This document shows, piece by piece, positions 45,204 through 54,386 of a stretch of 64,000 nucleotides of DNA. Numbering within the stretch: the first letter of the stretch is position 1; every line of letters starts with the position of its first letter. Under the pieces are notes generated by a model. The model saw only the letters and a program-made list of their open reading frames with translations. It was not told the DNA's origin and ran no database searches. Both the position numbers and the translations under genes were made by a program. Source of the stretch: Candidatus Shapirobacteria bacterium (GTDB lineage Bacteria > Patescibacteriota > Microgenomatia > UBA12405); assembly GCA_028704885.1 (NCBI GenBank), contig JAQWEN010000001.1, positions 286,679-350,678 on the forward strand, written 5' to 3'.

Positions 45204-46963
45204 TTTTTATGTTTTTTGCTTGTTAATATTATACCGCCAAGGCCAAAAAAAGTAATGATTGAGCCGATAAAAATGGTTAAATTTAAATAATATTTTTGAT
45301 TAGAAAGAGAGAATTGTTGGATATTAGTATTGAGAGATTCTACTTTGATGTTAATTTTTCTATTTTGAGGATTAAGTGATTTTAAAATAGGAAAATTAGG
45401 AATATTAATTTCAATAGATGATAGTGGCGGTAATAAAGCAATTTCTTGTTGCCAGTTTAAATTAGCAATACTAATTTTTAAATTTGATAAAGAATTGTTG
45501 TTTTGATTTGAAATTTTAATAATTGTGGGCTGATAAATTTTGTTATTAAGAGAAGTAATCTTTAAATTTTCATATTTAGCTTTTAGTTCTTGAGTGGCAA
45601 ATTCAACTTCGACTGTTTTAATATTATGTTCATTTTTGTAAGCACCAGGAGGTAGAGGTTTTTCACTGTCTAGACCGTGGAAAACAAAAGCAAAGTGATT
45701 AGGATCTAGGTCGTTAAAATAATCGACACCGTTGGTAGTTTTTTCCCAGGTAGGATCGACAGAAATCCAAGCTTGTTTATTTTGATCATAATATTGAGGC
45801 CAAGCATGAAGAATATCAGCATTAGTATTAATAGGTTTAATTTTTGAATTATTAGTGTAGGCAAAACCTTGAACTTCACGAGCTGGAATATCTTTAGCTC
45901 TGGCTAATGTTACAAAAAGATCGGTAAAATCAGTACAAATAGATGAATTTGGTGAAAGAAGAGTTTGTAAGGCACCTTTTCGATTGGAAGCATTGATGGC
46001 GGTGTAATCGTAATTTAAGGTGTTGACGACGTAGTTATAAATATCTTTAATGTTTTTTAAAGATTCGGCTATTTGCTTAATAGATGAATCGTTTATCGGC
46101 CAAAAATTTTGGGTTTTTAAATAATTTTTATTATCAATTATGGCTTTAATGGTGTTGGGGATAATTTTGGCTTGACCAGAGACATCAATTTCGATTTCTT
46201 GATTATTGGATAATTTATATTGAGCTAACCAGTTGCCATCGGGATCAACTTTAATATTAAAGGGAGGTGGTGAAATTTCTTTATAAACTATTTTTTGATT
46301 ATCAGTTTCGGGGGGGATAGCAATTTCTAGAGTTTTGCTTTGATTACTATCATTTTTTAGAAAGTATTTAAAATGAAAATCAAAAAGTTGATAATTACCA
46401 AAAATTAAAAATATTTTTTGATTAGCATTGTTAAAAAATATTTGAGTCTGATTATTTAGAGGAATAATATTTTGGGGATTTGAAGAGGAAAAAGAAAGAT
46501 TACCAAAAGCACTGGGAACAAAAACTGTAACTTCGTTGGTGTCAGTTGATTTAATACTTTGGTTTTCAGGGATAGGAATTTCCCAAATACTCCCCTTTTG
46601 AGTGGCAAGATTGGGAATTGTATAATTTAAATTAAATTTAGTAATTTGATCTTTACCTAAATGGCTTTCATTAAATTTGAGATAGATGATATTAGAATCG
46701 TCTTGTCTCTCAACTTTTTGAATAATATTGCCCTGGCTGTCAGTGCCGGTGATTTTTTGAAGTTCTGGTCCGGTTAAGATAAGCTGATAAGTGGTGGGAT
46801 AAATTTCAGAAAGATTGTTAATTAGTTGAATTTCTTGGTTAATGACGACATTGCCTTGATTATCAAATTGGTAATTAATTTTTTGAACAGTTCGAAATTC
46901 GTCGATAGCTTTGACGGGATTTAAGGAAAAAAGAAAAAAAACGATTAAAAGAAATAGAAACAT
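45200..46963 (-). CDS. Exported transglutaminase-like protein with C-terminal TM anchor
   Basis: Signal peptide; CTDF, HAW, VDPTW triad. Confidence 0.88.
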   Translation of the reverse strand: MFLFLLIVFFLFSLNPVKAIDEFRTVQKINYQFDNQGNVVINQEIQLINNLSEIYPTTYQLILTGPELQKITGTDSQGNIIQKVERQDDSNIIYLKFNESHLGKDQITKFNLNYTIPNLATQKGSIWEIPIPENQSIKSTDTNEVTVFVPSAFGNLSFSSSNPQNIIPLNNQTQIFFNNANQKIFLIFGNYQLFDFHFKYFLKNDSNQSKTLEIAIPPETDNQKIVYKEISPPPFNIKVDPDGNWLAQYKLSNNQEIEIDVSGQAKIIPNTIKAIIDNKNYLKTQNFWPINDSSIKQIAESLKNIKDIYNYVVNTLNYDYTAINASNRKGALQTLLSPNSSICTDFTDLFVTLARAKDIPAREVQGFAYTNNSKIKPINTNADILHAWPQYYDQNKQAWISVDPTWEKTTNGVDYFNDLDPNHFAFVFHGLDSEKPLPPGAYKNEHNIKTVEVEFATQELKAKYENLKITSLNNKIYQPTIIKISNQNNNSLSNLKISIANLNWQQEIALLPPLSSIEINIPNFPILKSLNPQNRKINIKVESLNTNIQQFSLSNQKYYLNLTIFIGSIITFFGLGGIILTSKKHKK

Positions 46964-46998
46964 AGAGATATATTTAATATATCATTAAATTTAAGTTA

Positions 46999-47026
46999 TT
47001 GACTTCGGGTATTATTCGCGTAATAT
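46999..47026 (+). promoter_or_regulatory. lexA promoter with TTCGG-N6-TTCGC direct repeat (candidate SOS box)
   Basis: TTGACT-N16-TAATAT; repeat at 47004-47019 lies between -35 and -10. Confidence 0.55.
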
Positions 47027-47032
47027 TTGTCT

Positions 47033-47662
47033 ATGGCAACAATTCTGTATAAAAGACAAAAACAAATTTTAGACTACATAGAACAAAACATTGAGAAATA
47101 TGGTTATGCACCAACATTAACAGAAATTGCTCAACATTTAGGACTTTCGTCTTTAGCAACAGTACATGAGCATTTAGCAGTTTTGGAAAAGAAAGGATTA
47201 ATTAGAAGATATCGAGGGGCAGTTAGAGGAATTGAAATTTTAGATAGAATTAAAGATGAGGTTGAAAAAGCAGTCTCGTCTTTTATAGAGCTGCCAGTGT
47301 TGGGGTTTATTGCCTGTGGTGAGCCAATTGAACCGTATACTGACCCGAATGCAACGATTGGAGTGAATTCCAATCTAGTGCGTCCAGGAGATCAATCTTT
47401 TGTTTTACAGGCTAAGGGAGATTCGATGATCGATGATGGAATTTTGAGTGGAGATTATGTAGTAGTTAAAGAGCAAAAAAATGCTAACAATGGCGATATT
47501 GTGGTGGCAGTGTTAAAAAATGGATTTGCTACTTTAAAAAGATATTATCGAGAAGCCAGTCGAATTAGATTACAACCAGCCAATACAACTATGTCCCCTA
47601 TTTATGTGACTGATGTAGAAATCAGAGGTAAGGTCGTAGCAGTAATTAGACAATTTAATTAG
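47033..47662 (+). CDS. lexA: SOS repressor LexA
   Basis: PTLTEIA..LGLSS.ATVHEHL wHTH; AC-G cleavage site; GDSM; TLK. Confidence 0.96.
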   Translation: MATILYKRQKQILDYIEQNIEKYGYAPTLTEIAQHLGLSSLATVHEHLAVLEKKGLIRRYRGAVRGIEILDRIKDEVEKAVSSFIELPVLGFIACGEPIEPYTDPNATIGVNSNLVRPGDQSFVLQAKGDSMIDDGILSGDYVVVKEQKNANNGDIVVAVLKNGFATLKRYYREASRIRLQPANTTMSPIYVTDVEIRGKVVAVIRQFN

Positions 47663-47676
47663 CGGTATAATAGGCA

Positions 47677-48315
47677 ATGCTTTATATTGTTGCAACACCA
47701 ATCGGAAATTTAGGAGATATTACTTTAAGAGCTTTGGAGACTTTGGAAAAAGTTAGTGTTTTGCTTTGTGAAGATACTCGAAATACTGGATTACTTTTAG
47801 CTAATTTGGGAATTAAAAATAAACCAAAATTAATTTCTTTTTATGATGAAGTAGAAGAACAAAAAATTCCTGAAGTTATCAAATTATTAGAAAATGGAAA
47901 TGAAGTGGCTTTAGTAACTGACGCGGGAACTCCAATTATTTCTGATCCCGGTTGGAAATTAATTAGAAAATGCCGAAATTTAGGAATTAAATATACTTCT
48001 ATCCCTGGTCCTTGTGCGGCTATCAATAGTTTAGTTTTATCAGGAATACCAGCAGGCAGATTTGTATTTTTGGGATTTTTACCTAAAAAAGACGGTGAAA
48101 GATTAAAAATATTAGAAAAATACAAAGAATTTGATGGGGCTAAAATTGTTTACGAATCCCCTTTTAGAATTAAAAAATTAGAAGAACAAGTTAAAAAAGT
48201 TTACGGCGATGATGTGCAGATAGCGATTACACGAGAGATGACTAAAAAATTTGAAGAAGTTTTACCAACTGTTAATAAAGAACCAAAAGGCGAAATAACA
48301 GTTATTTTTTATTAA
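47677..48315 (+). CDS. rsmI: 16S rRNA C1402 2'-O-methyltransferase
   Basis: LYIVATPIGNLGD, CEDTR, DAGTP.ISDPG, YESP.R. Confidence 0.95.
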   Translation: MLYIVATPIGNLGDITLRALETLEKVSVLLCEDTRNTGLLLANLGIKNKPKLISFYDEVEEQKIPEVIKLLENGNEVALVTDAGTPIISDPGWKLIRKCRNLGIKYTSIPGPCAAINSLVLSGIPAGRFVFLGFLPKKDGERLKILEKYKEFDGAKIVYESPFRIKKLEEQVKKVYGDDVQIAITREMTKKFEEVLPTVNKEPKGEITVIFY

Positions 48316-50575
48316 CCTTTAGTTTTTCAGCCCAGGCGACGACATCACGGGTGGCATCGATAGCATCCGGACTAACGGAAATGCTAGTGACTCCCCATTT
48401 AACTAGTTTGGCTACTAAATCGGGATAATTACTTGGAGCTTGACCGCAAATTGAACAAAGAATACCTCGTTTTTTGGATTTAGTAATTAATCTTTTTAAA
48501 GACCAAAGAACAGCTGGATCCATTTCATTGAAACTTTTAGCAACTTCGCCATTATCTCGGTCTAGACCAAGGGTTAACATGGTTAAATCATTACTGCCGA
48601 TGGAAATACCATCAATACCAACATCAATAAATTTATCCAAAAGAATAACATTGCTGGGAATTTCGGCCATCATAAAAAATTTGAAAGATGGAGATCTTAT
48701 TAATCCAGCACTAACAACAATTTTTTTGACTTCAGATAATTCATGAGGAGTTCGGACAAAAGGAATCATTAACCAGAGATTTTTGTAACCATATTTATTG
48801 CGAACTTGTTTAATGGCTTCGAGCTCCATGTAAAAAACATCAGGAGAATTTATATAACGGGCAGCGCCACGAAAACCCATTAGAGGATTTGGTTCTTCCG
48901 GTTCGTATAATTTCCCCCATTTTAAAGAACGATATTCATTGGTTTTAAAATCAGTGGCTCGATAAACAACTGGACGAGGACTAAAACTTTTACAAAACTT
49001 AAGCATTTCTTTGGCAAGTTTATTAATATATTCTTTTTCGTTACCTTCGGCAATAACTCGTTTAGGATGAATGCCAATATTGGCTAACATAAATTCAGCT
49101 CGTAAAAGACCAACGCCATCAACATTTCTTTTAGAAATCATCTCGGCTAAATCTGGTTCGCCCAAATTGACATAAACTTTAGTAGCGGTTTTTGCAGTAG
49201 ATTCTTGCTTTTTAATGACAGGAGCGTTTTTATTTATTAAATCACCTTTCCAAATTTCACCAGTGGTGCCGTTTAAAGTGACGATATCCCCTTCTTTGAA
49301 CATTTTGGTAGCAATTTTAGTGCCGACAACACAAGGAACACCTAATTCTCGACTAACAATAGCGGCGTGAGAAGTTTGACCGCCTTTGTCGGTAATAATA
49401 CCGTTGACTTTTTTCATGGCGGGAACGAAATCGGGAGTGGTCATGGAAGTAACTAAAATTTGGCCTTTTTGAGCACGGTTAATTTCTTTTGGATTATTAA
49501 TAATGACAACAACGCCACTGGCAGTGCCAGGACTGGCCTGTTCACCGGTTAAATCTGGTTTTTGAGTTATCTTACTAGATTGGTTATCAAGAGTTTTTTG
49601 GTTGGAAACAACAGTGGTAATTGGACGAGTCTGAACAATATAAAGTTTTCCCCTATCGATGGCAAATTCAATATCTTGTGGTTTGCCGTAGTGGTTATGA
49701 AGTTTTTGACCAATTTTGGCAACTTTTATAGCCATAGCGGTATCTATTTTCTTTTTATTTTGTTTACTTTTGGGAACAATGACTTCATTGGTTTCATGAG
49801 TTTTGGATCGAATTAATTGAGTTTTTTGTTCAACATGGTTTTCAGAAATTATTTTCCAAGTATTTTTATCGATAATATGTTGGTCTGGAGTAACCACCCC
49901 TTGAACAATATATTCACCTAAACCCCAAATAGTTTCAACAATGACTTGATTTTTTTCATTAGTGACTGGATTGGCGGTAAAACAGATGCCAGAAATTTCA
50001 GAATCAACTAATTTTTGGATAGGAACAGCAACTCCAATTTTGAAATGGTCGTAATGTTTTTTTACTTGATAAAAAATAGATCGAGAAGTAAAAAGACTAG
50101 ACCAGCAATCTCGGACTCGGTGAAGAACATTGGTTTCACCAACGACATTTAAGAAAGTGTCACCTTGGCCAGCAAAAGAAGCATCACTGCTATCTTCGGC
50201 AGTGGCGGAAGTACGGACAGCGACGGCAACATCTTTGAGACCACCGAAATCGGAAAGTTTTTTATAAGCCTTCATAATATCAATGGAAAGTTCTTGACTA
50301 ATTGGAGATTTTTTAATGAGTTCTCTAATTCTTTTGGAAGCAGTTTCAAGCTGATCTGGCTGATCAACATCAGTAGTTTTCAAAATATTCTCAATTTTAG
50401 GTTTAAGATTATTATCTTTGACGAATTTGAAATAAGCACTAACAGTAACAACAAAGCCATTTGGAACTGGAATTCCTAAATTATACATTTCGCCTAAATT
50501 TGCGCCTTTACCACCAACTAAATTTATATCTTCAAATTTAATTTCGTTAAACCATAAAACATCTTGATTCTTCAT
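48302..50575 (-). CDS. ppsA: Phosphoenolpyruvate synthase
   Basis: VGGKGANLGEM, SFAGQ, TSHAAIVSRE, GVGLLRAEF, SIGSNDL, SICGQ. Confidence 0.96.
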   Translation of the reverse strand: MKNQDVLWFNEIKFEDINLVGGKGANLGEMYNLGIPVPNGFVVTVSAYFKFVKDNNLKPKIENILKTTDVDQPDQLETASKRIRELIKKSPISQELSIDIMKAYKKLSDFGGLKDVAVAVRTSATAEDSSDASFAGQGDTFLNVVGETNVLHRVRDCWSSLFTSRSIFYQVKKHYDHFKIGVAVPIQKLVDSEISGICFTANPVTNEKNQVIVETIWGLGEYIVQGVVTPDQHIIDKNTWKIISENHVEQKTQLIRSKTHETNEVIVPKSKQNKKKIDTAMAIKVAKIGQKLHNHYGKPQDIEFAIDRGKLYIVQTRPITTVVSNQKTLDNQSSKITQKPDLTGEQASPGTASGVVVIINNPKEINRAQKGQILVTSMTTPDFVPAMKKVNGIITDKGGQTSHAAIVSRELGVPCVVGTKIATKMFKEGDIVTLNGTTGEIWKGDLINKNAPVIKKQESTAKTATKVYVNLGEPDLAEMISKRNVDGVGLLRAEFMLANIGIHPKRVIAEGNEKEYINKLAKEMLKFCKSFSPRPVVYRATDFKTNEYRSLKWGKLYEPEEPNPLMGFRGAARYINSPDVFYMELEAIKQVRNKYGYKNLWLMIPFVRTPHELSEVKKIVVSAGLIRSPSFKFFMMAEIPSNVILLDKFIDVGIDGISIGSNDLTMLTLGLDRDNGEVAKSFNEMDPAVLWSLKRLITKSKKRGILCSICGQAPSNYPDLVAKLVKWGVTSISVSPDAIDATRDVVAWAEKLKVNKK

Positions 50576-50656
50576 ATATAAAATAATACAGATTTTTAAG
50601 ATAAAAAGAAAGGACGGCTTTTATATTATGGGTTAGTATGTATATCAGATGTGTAT

Positions 50657-50683
50657 TTAGCAGTCTTGTCTTTCGACTGCTAA
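50657..50683. promoter_or_regulatory. CIRCE-like inverted repeat, copy 2
   Basis: TTAGCAGTC-ttgtctttc-GACTGCTAA (9-9-9). Confidence 0.55.
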
Positions 50684-50803
50684 TATAGTCTCTTTTTGAA
50701 ATATGGCCGTATTTTTGGGTAAAAATACAGAGTAGATAATGATATTAACAATAACAAAGTGTAACAAATGAAATCACAATATTATTATATATAATATAGG
50801 ATA

Positions 50804-51424
50804 TCATTTAGTAAGGTTAGTGAGGATTCTTTCCAAGGCCAATTCTTTGGGAATAGAAAGCTCACCAGTTTTATTTTTAAAATCTAATTCGATTAATTGA
50901 AGGTAAATCCTTTTGGTGGTTAAAGGATCAAACTTAGGATAAGAGGTTAATTGCTTGCGAAAATTACTTTTTAAAAAATAAAGGAAAAGATCATAGAGAC
51001 CTAAATCTAAAACTTGATGGTAAAGAGGGATAACTCGGGCAAGATTTTTGGGTTTAATGGCGTTAAGACAAGAAAATAGTTTGTTATCCAAAGGGAAGTT
51101 TTTAATCTGAGCATTTTTAAAGATTTTAATTTGAGTTGGAGTTAAGGTTTTATCTTGCCAAATTACAATGTCGACACTTTGACTTTGATTGATCAATTTA
51201 TTAATTTGATCGATAATGGATTTATTAGTGGCAAATAAATTGCTAATACTGAGGACTTTTTTGGTGTTGAAAAGAGATGATTCTTGAAGAAATAAATTAA
51301 TGCGGTCAATGTCAATATTTTTGGAATCTAGGCGAAAAATGTCAGCATCTTTAATTTGATCTAAAAAGTCACCAAAGGCTTTTCGGCTTTCAAGTTGATT
51401 GTCGCCATGGAAAATATAAATCAT
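50804..51424 (-). CDS. holA: DNA polymerase III delta subunit-like (short)
   Basis: MIYIFHG, SLF, C-terminal LIELDFKNKTG..ALE. Confidence 0.75.
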   Translation of the reverse strand: MIYIFHGDNQLESRKAFGDFLDQIKDADIFRLDSKNIDIDRINLFLQESSLFNTKKVLSISNLFATNKSIIDQINKLINQSQSVDIVIWQDKTLTPTQIKIFKNAQIKNFPLDNKLFSCLNAIKPKNLARVIPLYHQVLDLGLYDLFLYFLKSNFRKQLTSYPKFDPLTTKRIYLQLIELDFKNKTGELSIPKELALERILTNLTK

Positions 51425-51437
51425 TATGATAGTTTAT

Positions 51438-51470
51438 CCCGCCTTCGCTTAGATAGCTACGGCTGGGCAA
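51438..51470. repeat. REP-like palindrome, copy 2
   Basis: cccgccttcgcttagatagctacggctgggcaa; first 12 nt identical to copy at 41025. Confidence 0.6.
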
Positions 51471-51527
51471 GCAAGTTAAATGTGGAAAGTTTAGCTTTCT
51501 ATTGATAAAATACCTTTACTACAAAAT

Positions 51528-51600
51528 GGCTCCTTCGTCTAGCGGTTAGGACACCTGGTTTTCATCCAGGTAATCGTGGGTTCGATTCCCACAGGAGTCA
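51528..51600 (+). tRNA. tRNA-Glu(TTC)
   Basis: cctgg-ttTTCat-ccagg. Confidence 0.95.
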
Positions 51601-51906
51601 CAAATTGATTTTATATTTACATCTGGATTGAAATTGTTTGTTTGAGATTAGTAAATAATCAATACATTCAATAACACCAAGGATAGTGGGTATTCCCGTC
51701 CAGCAAAAAAGTAAATAAAAAATACCTTTTCCTGTTTCTCCCATATAGAATTTATGAATTCCAAAAGTTCCTAAAAAGAAAGCTAATAATGCTGCTACTA
51801 ATTTATTTTTCTTTTCTGTATCAGAATCTGATATTTTAGTTTTAATTTCACTTCTATATCTTTCCTCTTCTTCGATTTCTATTTTCTTTTTTTCACTTAA
51901 AGACAT
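51598..51906 (-). CDS. TM2 domain membrane protein
   Basis: KNKLVAALLAFFLGTFGIHKFYMG..GIFYLLFCWTGIP; start MSLSEK. Confidence 0.9.
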   Translation of the reverse strand: MSLSEKKKIEIEEEERYRSEIKTKISDSDTEKKNKLVAALLAFFLGTFGIHKFYMGETGKGIFYLLFCWTGIPTILGVIECIDYLLISNKQFQSRCKYKINL

Positions 51907-52014
51907 TAGTACCTCTTTTTTGTAAAAGTATAACTGTGTTAAATATATCATTAATTATTTTTAATAAAAATAAATTCGAAGGGTTTGGGGAATAGATACG
52001 ACTAAATTAGTATC

Positions 52015-52623
52015 GTGGAAAAGACTGAATGTTTGCCGATTCCAAATTTAGATACTCGAAATAGAATTCAATTTCATGAGAAAAAAATAAATTCTCTTTT
52101 AGAAATTACTAAATTTAATCCATTTTTAGGGCAAGAATCAATTGTAAGTATTATTGATATGGACGGAGTGTTGTGTGAATATGGAAGAAGAAATAATTTG
52201 GACGATAATTTTTCAAGATTTTTAGGTCTAAAAAAAATAATTGAAAGGTCAGATGAATTTGTGGTTTATTCAAGTAGGTTCGAAATTAATGAGGATAGTA
52301 TTTTATGGGAAAAATTAAAACCAATATTTGGACAAACAAGTATCGTTAGATGTCCATTTATGGTGGAAAGTTCAAAAAAAAGATTAGAAGATTTTACAAA
52401 AAAGGCCAATGAAAATTGTGATTTTAGATATCTGATGGGATTAAAAAAGATGAGGAGCTGTTTTAGAATGGATGATGATTTGCAGAATATAGTCGAAAAA
52501 ACTTTGAGACAGGACAAAAAATTAGTGATGGTTGGGAGTAGCATTTTTGATAGAAAAATTGTCAATAAAAATTTGAATTTAGAAAATGTGTATTATTTTA
52601 ATACAGGGCATATTTTGGTTTAG
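52015..52623 (+). CDS. Hypothetical HAD-like protein
   Basis: IIDMDGVL (DxD), VYSSR, MVGSS..D. Confidence 0.55.
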   Translation: MEKTECLPIPNLDTRNRIQFHEKKINSLLEITKFNPFLGQESIVSIIDMDGVLCEYGRRNNLDDNFSRFLGLKKIIERSDEFVVYSSRFEINEDSILWEKLKPIFGQTSIVRCPFMVESSKKRLEDFTKKANENCDFRYLMGLKKMRSCFRMDDDLQNIVEKTLRQDKKLVMVGSSIFDRKIVNKNLNLENVYYFNTGHILV

Positions 52624-52637
52624 TGTAAAATTGAGTC

Positions 52638-53303
52638 ATGGATGTGAAAATTGAAGAGAGCTGGAAAAAGGTATTACAAAAAGAATTTGATGAGGATTAT
52701 TTTGCCGAATTGGTTAAATTTGTGAAATCAGAATATGAGAAATCAACAGTTTATCCGCCAGCTAGGTTTATTTTTAATGCGTTTGAATTAACTCCTTTTG
52801 ATAAGGTGAAAGTGGTAATTTTAGGGCAGGATCCATATCATGGAGTAAATCAGGCCAATGGATTGGCTTTTTCGGTTAATGACGGAGTCCAAATGCCACC
52901 GTCTTTGGTGAATATTTATAAAGAAATTGAAAAAGATTTAGGACAAAAGACGGCTAATAAAAATGGGAATTTGGAAAATTGGGCAAAACAGGGAGTTTTG
53001 ATGTTAAATGCAACTTTAACCGTTCAAGCAGGAATAGCTGGTTCACATCAAAATAAAGGTTGGGAAAAATTTACTGACGCGGTGATAAAAATATTATCAG
53101 AACAAAAAGAAAACCTAGTTTTTATATTGTGGGGTAGTTATGCTCAAAAGAAGGGTAGTGTGATTGATGAATCAAAACATTTGGTAATTAAATCGGCGCA
53201 TCCTTCCCCTCTTTCGGCTTATAATGGCTTTTTTGGATCTAAACCATTTTCCCAGGCCAATACTTACTTAATTTTTAAAGATAAAGAGCCAATTAATTGG
53301 TGA
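52638..53303 (+). CDS. ung: Uracil-DNA glycosylase family 1
   Basis: GQDPYH, GLAFSV, PPSL, HPSPLS. Confidence 0.97.
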   Translation: MDVKIEESWKKVLQKEFDEDYFAELVKFVKSEYEKSTVYPPARFIFNAFELTPFDKVKVVILGQDPYHGVNQANGLAFSVNDGVQMPPSLVNIYKEIEKDLGQKTANKNGNLENWAKQGVLMLNATLTVQAGIAGSHQNKGWEKFTDAVIKILSEQKENLVFILWGSYAQKKGSVIDESKHLVIKSAHPSPLSAYNGFFGSKPFSQANTYLIFKDKEPINW

Positions 53304-54386
53304 TTAATATTCTTTGGCTTTTTCTTCTCCACTTAAGACTCGAATAGCACCATCGCGGAGAGCTTCTAATTCAAATTCACCAGGATAGACGGTTATACCG
53401 ATATTTAAAGCAGCAAGATCTTTTTTAATAGAGTCAACTACTAAAGGCCAACGAACGACACCGCCGGTTAATAAAATTTGATCAATTTGTTCTCCTTCAA
53501 AATCAGGAATTAAAGAACAAATATAACGAGAAAAACCAGCAAACATTTCATCGACAACATCTTTTTTTTCTTTATCTAAAGTTGGATATTTAATTTCTAA
53601 GTCTTTTAAATCTTTGGTTCCAAGGAGGGCAAAAAGACCACCGCCACCGAGAATTTTATAAAGAATTTCTTCTTTAGTGTATTTGTTTGAAAAACAAAGT
53701 TCAACTAATCCTTGAGCGGGAATTTGACCAGAACGTTCTGGGCTCATTGGGCCTTCACCGGCAAGAGCGTTGGTAACATTAATGGTTTTGCCTTTTTTAT
53801 GAGCACCAAAAGAAGCACCGCCGCCAATATGAGCGACAATAAGATTTAGATCTTCGTATTTTTTGCCAATTGAAGCGGCATATTCACGACAGACAGCCTT
53901 TTGATTTAAAGCGTGCCAGCCAGCATAACGTTTAACTTCGGGAATTCCGGTAATTTTATGTTTGGCTTCGATTTCGTCAGTGGTAACTGGATCGACGATA
54001 AAAGCTTTATTTTCAATTCCAAAATCTTTAGCAATTTTTTTGGCCAATGGAGCCCCTAAATTGGAAGCGTGATTGGCTAAAGGACGATTAGTTAAATCAT
54101 CAATCATTTTTTCATTTATTTGGTAAGTTCCGGAAACAACCGGAGGAATCATGCCACCTCGTCCGACGACAGCATCGAGTTGAGTTATATTTTTTTCTTT
54201 TAATATTTCTTCAATATCTTTGGCACGATGTTCAAATTGATCAAGAACATTGCCTGGTTTACTAAATTTTTCTTGAAAATCTAAGTCTTGAGCATGATCG
54301 ATTTTATGTTCGAAAACAAGATTTTTATTTTCGAAGACAGCTATTTTAGTAGTGGTTGAACCGGGATTAATTATGAGAATTTTCAT
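53304..54386 (-). CDS. buk: Butyrate kinase
   Basis: INPGSTTTK, GRGG, HASNLG, HALNQKA, HIGGG, PERSG, YPGEFE. Confidence 0.93.
   Translation of the reverse strand: MKILIINPGSTTTKIAVFENKNLVFEHKIDHAQDLDFQEKFSKPGNVLDQFEHRAKDIEEILKEKNITQLDAVVGRGGMIPPVVSGTYQINEKMIDDLTNRPLANHASNLGAPLAKKIAKDFGIENKAFIVDPVTTDEIEAKHKITGIPEVKRYAGWHALNQKAVCREYAASIGKKYEDLNLIVAHIGGGASFGAHKKGKTINVTNALAGEGPMSPERSGQIPAQGLVELCFSNKYTKEEILYKILGGGGLFALLGTKDLKDLEIKYPTLDKEKKDVVDEMFAGFSRYICSLIPDFEGEQIDQILLTGGVVRWPLVVDSIKKDLAALNIGITVYPGEFELEALRDGAIRVLSGEEKAKEY

Noticed and set aside
50576-50803. oriC or dif site in the AT-rich gap
   Set aside because: No DnaA-box cluster and no convincing XerC/XerD arms; no evident strand-skew switch by eye
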